From the human T2T-CHM13v2.0 reference genome, Homo sapiens, in assembly GCF_009914755.1 (NCBI RefSeq), contig NC_060930.1: a stretch of DNA of 64,000 bases. One strand, written 5' to 3'. Positions 61,825 to 64,000 of the stretch are shown here, in pieces. The position numbers and the translations under genes were made by a program. The notes under the pieces are model-generated. The model was given only the letters and a program-made list of their open reading frames with translations, was not told the origin of the DNA and did not search any database. The first letter of the stretch is position 1, and each line of letters starts with the position of its first letter.

Positions 61825-62570
61825 TAATTCATTCAACAAATATATAGTAATTACCTATTATGTGCCAGGCACTGTGGAAGAGGCAAAGAATACAATAATA
61901 AATAGGACAGATGTGATTTTTGCCCTAATGGAACTTACAGCATAAAGAGAAAGCCAGACATTAAACAGATAATTACATAAGTAATAAACTCAAAATTACT
62001 GTGTAATTACTGGTCTGGGTACAATGGAAAGCTTGACCATATATATGGGGCTAGGGAAGGCTTCCCTAAGGAAATGGGGTTTAAGATGAAACCAATGGAA
62101 GTACAATTACTTAGAGGTAGAAGAGGAGGGGCCAGGTGCAGTGGCTCATGCCTGTAATCCCAGCACTTTGGGAAGCCAAGGCAGGAGGCTCACGAGGTCA
62201 AGAGATCGAGACTATCCTGGCCAACATGGTGAAACCCTGTCTCTACTAAAAACACAAAAATTAGCCGGGCATGGTGGTGCATGCCTGTAGTCCCAGCTAC
62301 TCGGGAGGCTGAGGCAGGAGCATAGTGTGAGCCCAGGAGGTAGAGATTGCAGTGAGCTGAGATATTTGATTCTGTCTCAAAAGAAAAAAAAAGAAGAGGA
62401 GGTAGCTCCAGGAGAAGGAAATAGACTAGAGCCATGAGAGCAAAGGGGCTGTGTGGGGATAGTTCAGGGGCCCAAAGTGAGTCTGGAAAGACAGGCAGAA
62501 GCTGGATCATGTGGGTCCTCCAGGGACAAGAGCAATGGGAAGATATGGAAGGTTTTAGGCAGAGGGAGAG
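61825..62570 (-). mobile_element. L2 3' region split by an Alu
   Basis: ttcattcaacaaatat..tacctattatgtgccaggcactgt; agggaaggcttccctaagga; atggaaggttttaggcagag. Confidence 0.75.
62130..62392 (+). mobile_element. AluSc-like with right-arm deletion
   Basis: cacgaggtcaagagatcgagac..tcctggccaac; TSD agaagaggagg. Confidence 0.92.
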
Positions 62571-63015
62571 GTGGTTGCAGCTGTATGAGAAATGTAAGCT
62601 ATTTCAGGAAATTTGTGATTACAATAGTAATTCAGTACTGGAATAGATTATCAACAGAGCTTGGGGGAGCATTCTCCTCAAATAAATTGAGTTGACTGTT
62701 AAGGACGATAAATAACCTCATATGGGAAAGGGTGCAGAAGAGAGCTGCAGGACTTTGTAAATTAGATCAGAGTGAGGGAATTGGGCAAAGCAAGCATATC
62801 AGGCCTGATATCACACCTTTAAAGTAGGAAAGAAAAAATAGACATTTTTCTCCTTTTGCCACAAGCTGAAAATTTATTTTGCAAAGCTATAGTAGCATTT
62901 TCCCATTGTTTCTTAGGCTCACTACCATGCAGGGTGATAGGGCAATATTTCAAAAGGGAAGGAATGGTTATGACAGCCAAAAGAACATGCCCACAAACTT
63001 CTGCAAAGACTTTTT

Positions 63016-63313
63016 TTTTTTTTCTTTTTTCTGAGACAGGGTCTCACTCTGTCACCCAGGCTGGAGTGCAGTTGTGCAATCTTGGCTAACTGCAACCTCT
63101 GCCTTCTGGGCTCAAGTGATCCTCCCACGTCTGCCTCCTGAGTGGCTTGGATTACAGGTGTGCATCACCACACTTGGCTAATTTTTTGCATTTTTGGTAG
63201 AGACAAGGTTTTGTCACGTTCCCCAGGCTGGTCTCGAACTCCTGAGCTCAGATGATCCATCTGCCTTGGCTTCCCAAAGTGCAGGGATTATAGGCGTGAG
63301 CCACCGTGGCTGG
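63016..63313 (-). mobile_element. AluJb-like
   Basis: Reverse Alu; perfect 15-bp TSD ctgcaaagacttttt (63001-63015, 63314-63328). Confidence 0.93.
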
Positions 63314-64000
63314 CTGCAAAGACTTTTTCAGAGACTTCTCCACCCACATCCATGGATGATTATTTTCCTAGAGCAACACCTGTGTCCAACAGGTGGGCAA
63401 CTTTTGGGGAAGAGAATGAGGAAGAAGATGGTCTTAATTTTCAACAAATTCTCAAGGAACTTTTTCCTTTTCCTATACAGTTTCCCCAACCTCACGCTAA
63501 ACTCTGTGTGAGTCCCCTTGTTTTGTTTCAAAATTGCTGTTACTTAAGAACAAATAGTTACAATGCTGGAGTAGGGAAGCTTGTAAAATCCATTGTCACA
63601 GTGGTCAGCGGTGATAGTTTCTAAGTACAGTCTCAATTGTATTTAATTATTGATAATTACATTAATGGTTATGGAGAGCTATACACCATGCTAAGTGTAT
63701 ATTTAGTGTTTTATACATGTAATTTATAGAAAAGTATGAGTGCAAATGTTTATTGAAAAAGTGACTGAACAATAAATAAAACACTAAAATAAAAAGTGAT
63801 TAAACTATAATAATTCTCATTAGGTAACCAGAAACTGACGACAGAACCTATGCACATGGATTAATTAGGGAGCGAGTGAAAATGAGTCCTACTAAGTTAA
63901 AGAACCCTAACTTGCACACATTTACCAGAGAATAAACCTAGCTGAAGAAAAAACGGACAATAATAATCACTCAATTACCCACATTGAGAAATCTCTAAAT

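Noticed and set aside
63626-64000. Possible Tigger-like DNA transposon starting at ta|cagtc
   Set aside because: AT-rich and cut off by the window end; I could not match it to a consensus

Overview
Human genomic DNA (AluYb8 with its diagnostic 7-bp duplication, AluY/S/J, MIR, L2, L1, Hsmar1). It is intergenic or deep-intronic: I see no protein-coding exon, RNA gene or CpG island, and the ORF track is explained by Alu/L1/ERV sequence or chance. I could not name the locus. The window holds about 35 Alu/FLAM copies and many MIR/L2/L3 fragments. A nested stack at 23.4-30.5 kb contains Charlie1 with two Alus, then an L1M host carrying a full-length Hsmar1 mariner that itself carries an L1PB. A two-LTR ERVL provirus relic lies at 55.9-60.1 kb. 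I found no convincing new multi-gene system. The best second-look items are: (i) a motif-dense candidate immune enhancer/promoter at 41.35-41.9 kb; (ii) a pair of near-identical inverted RFX X-boxes at 36.0/36.6 kb; (iii) several template-switch-like scars, namely a micro-inversion inside an Alu, a perfect 16-bp hairpin inside Hsmar1 and two 10-bp hairpins at rearrangement junctions; (iv) a young AluYb8 sitting head-to-head 42 bp from another Alu. Repeat subfamily names and most boundaries come from recalled consensus sequences and are approximate.
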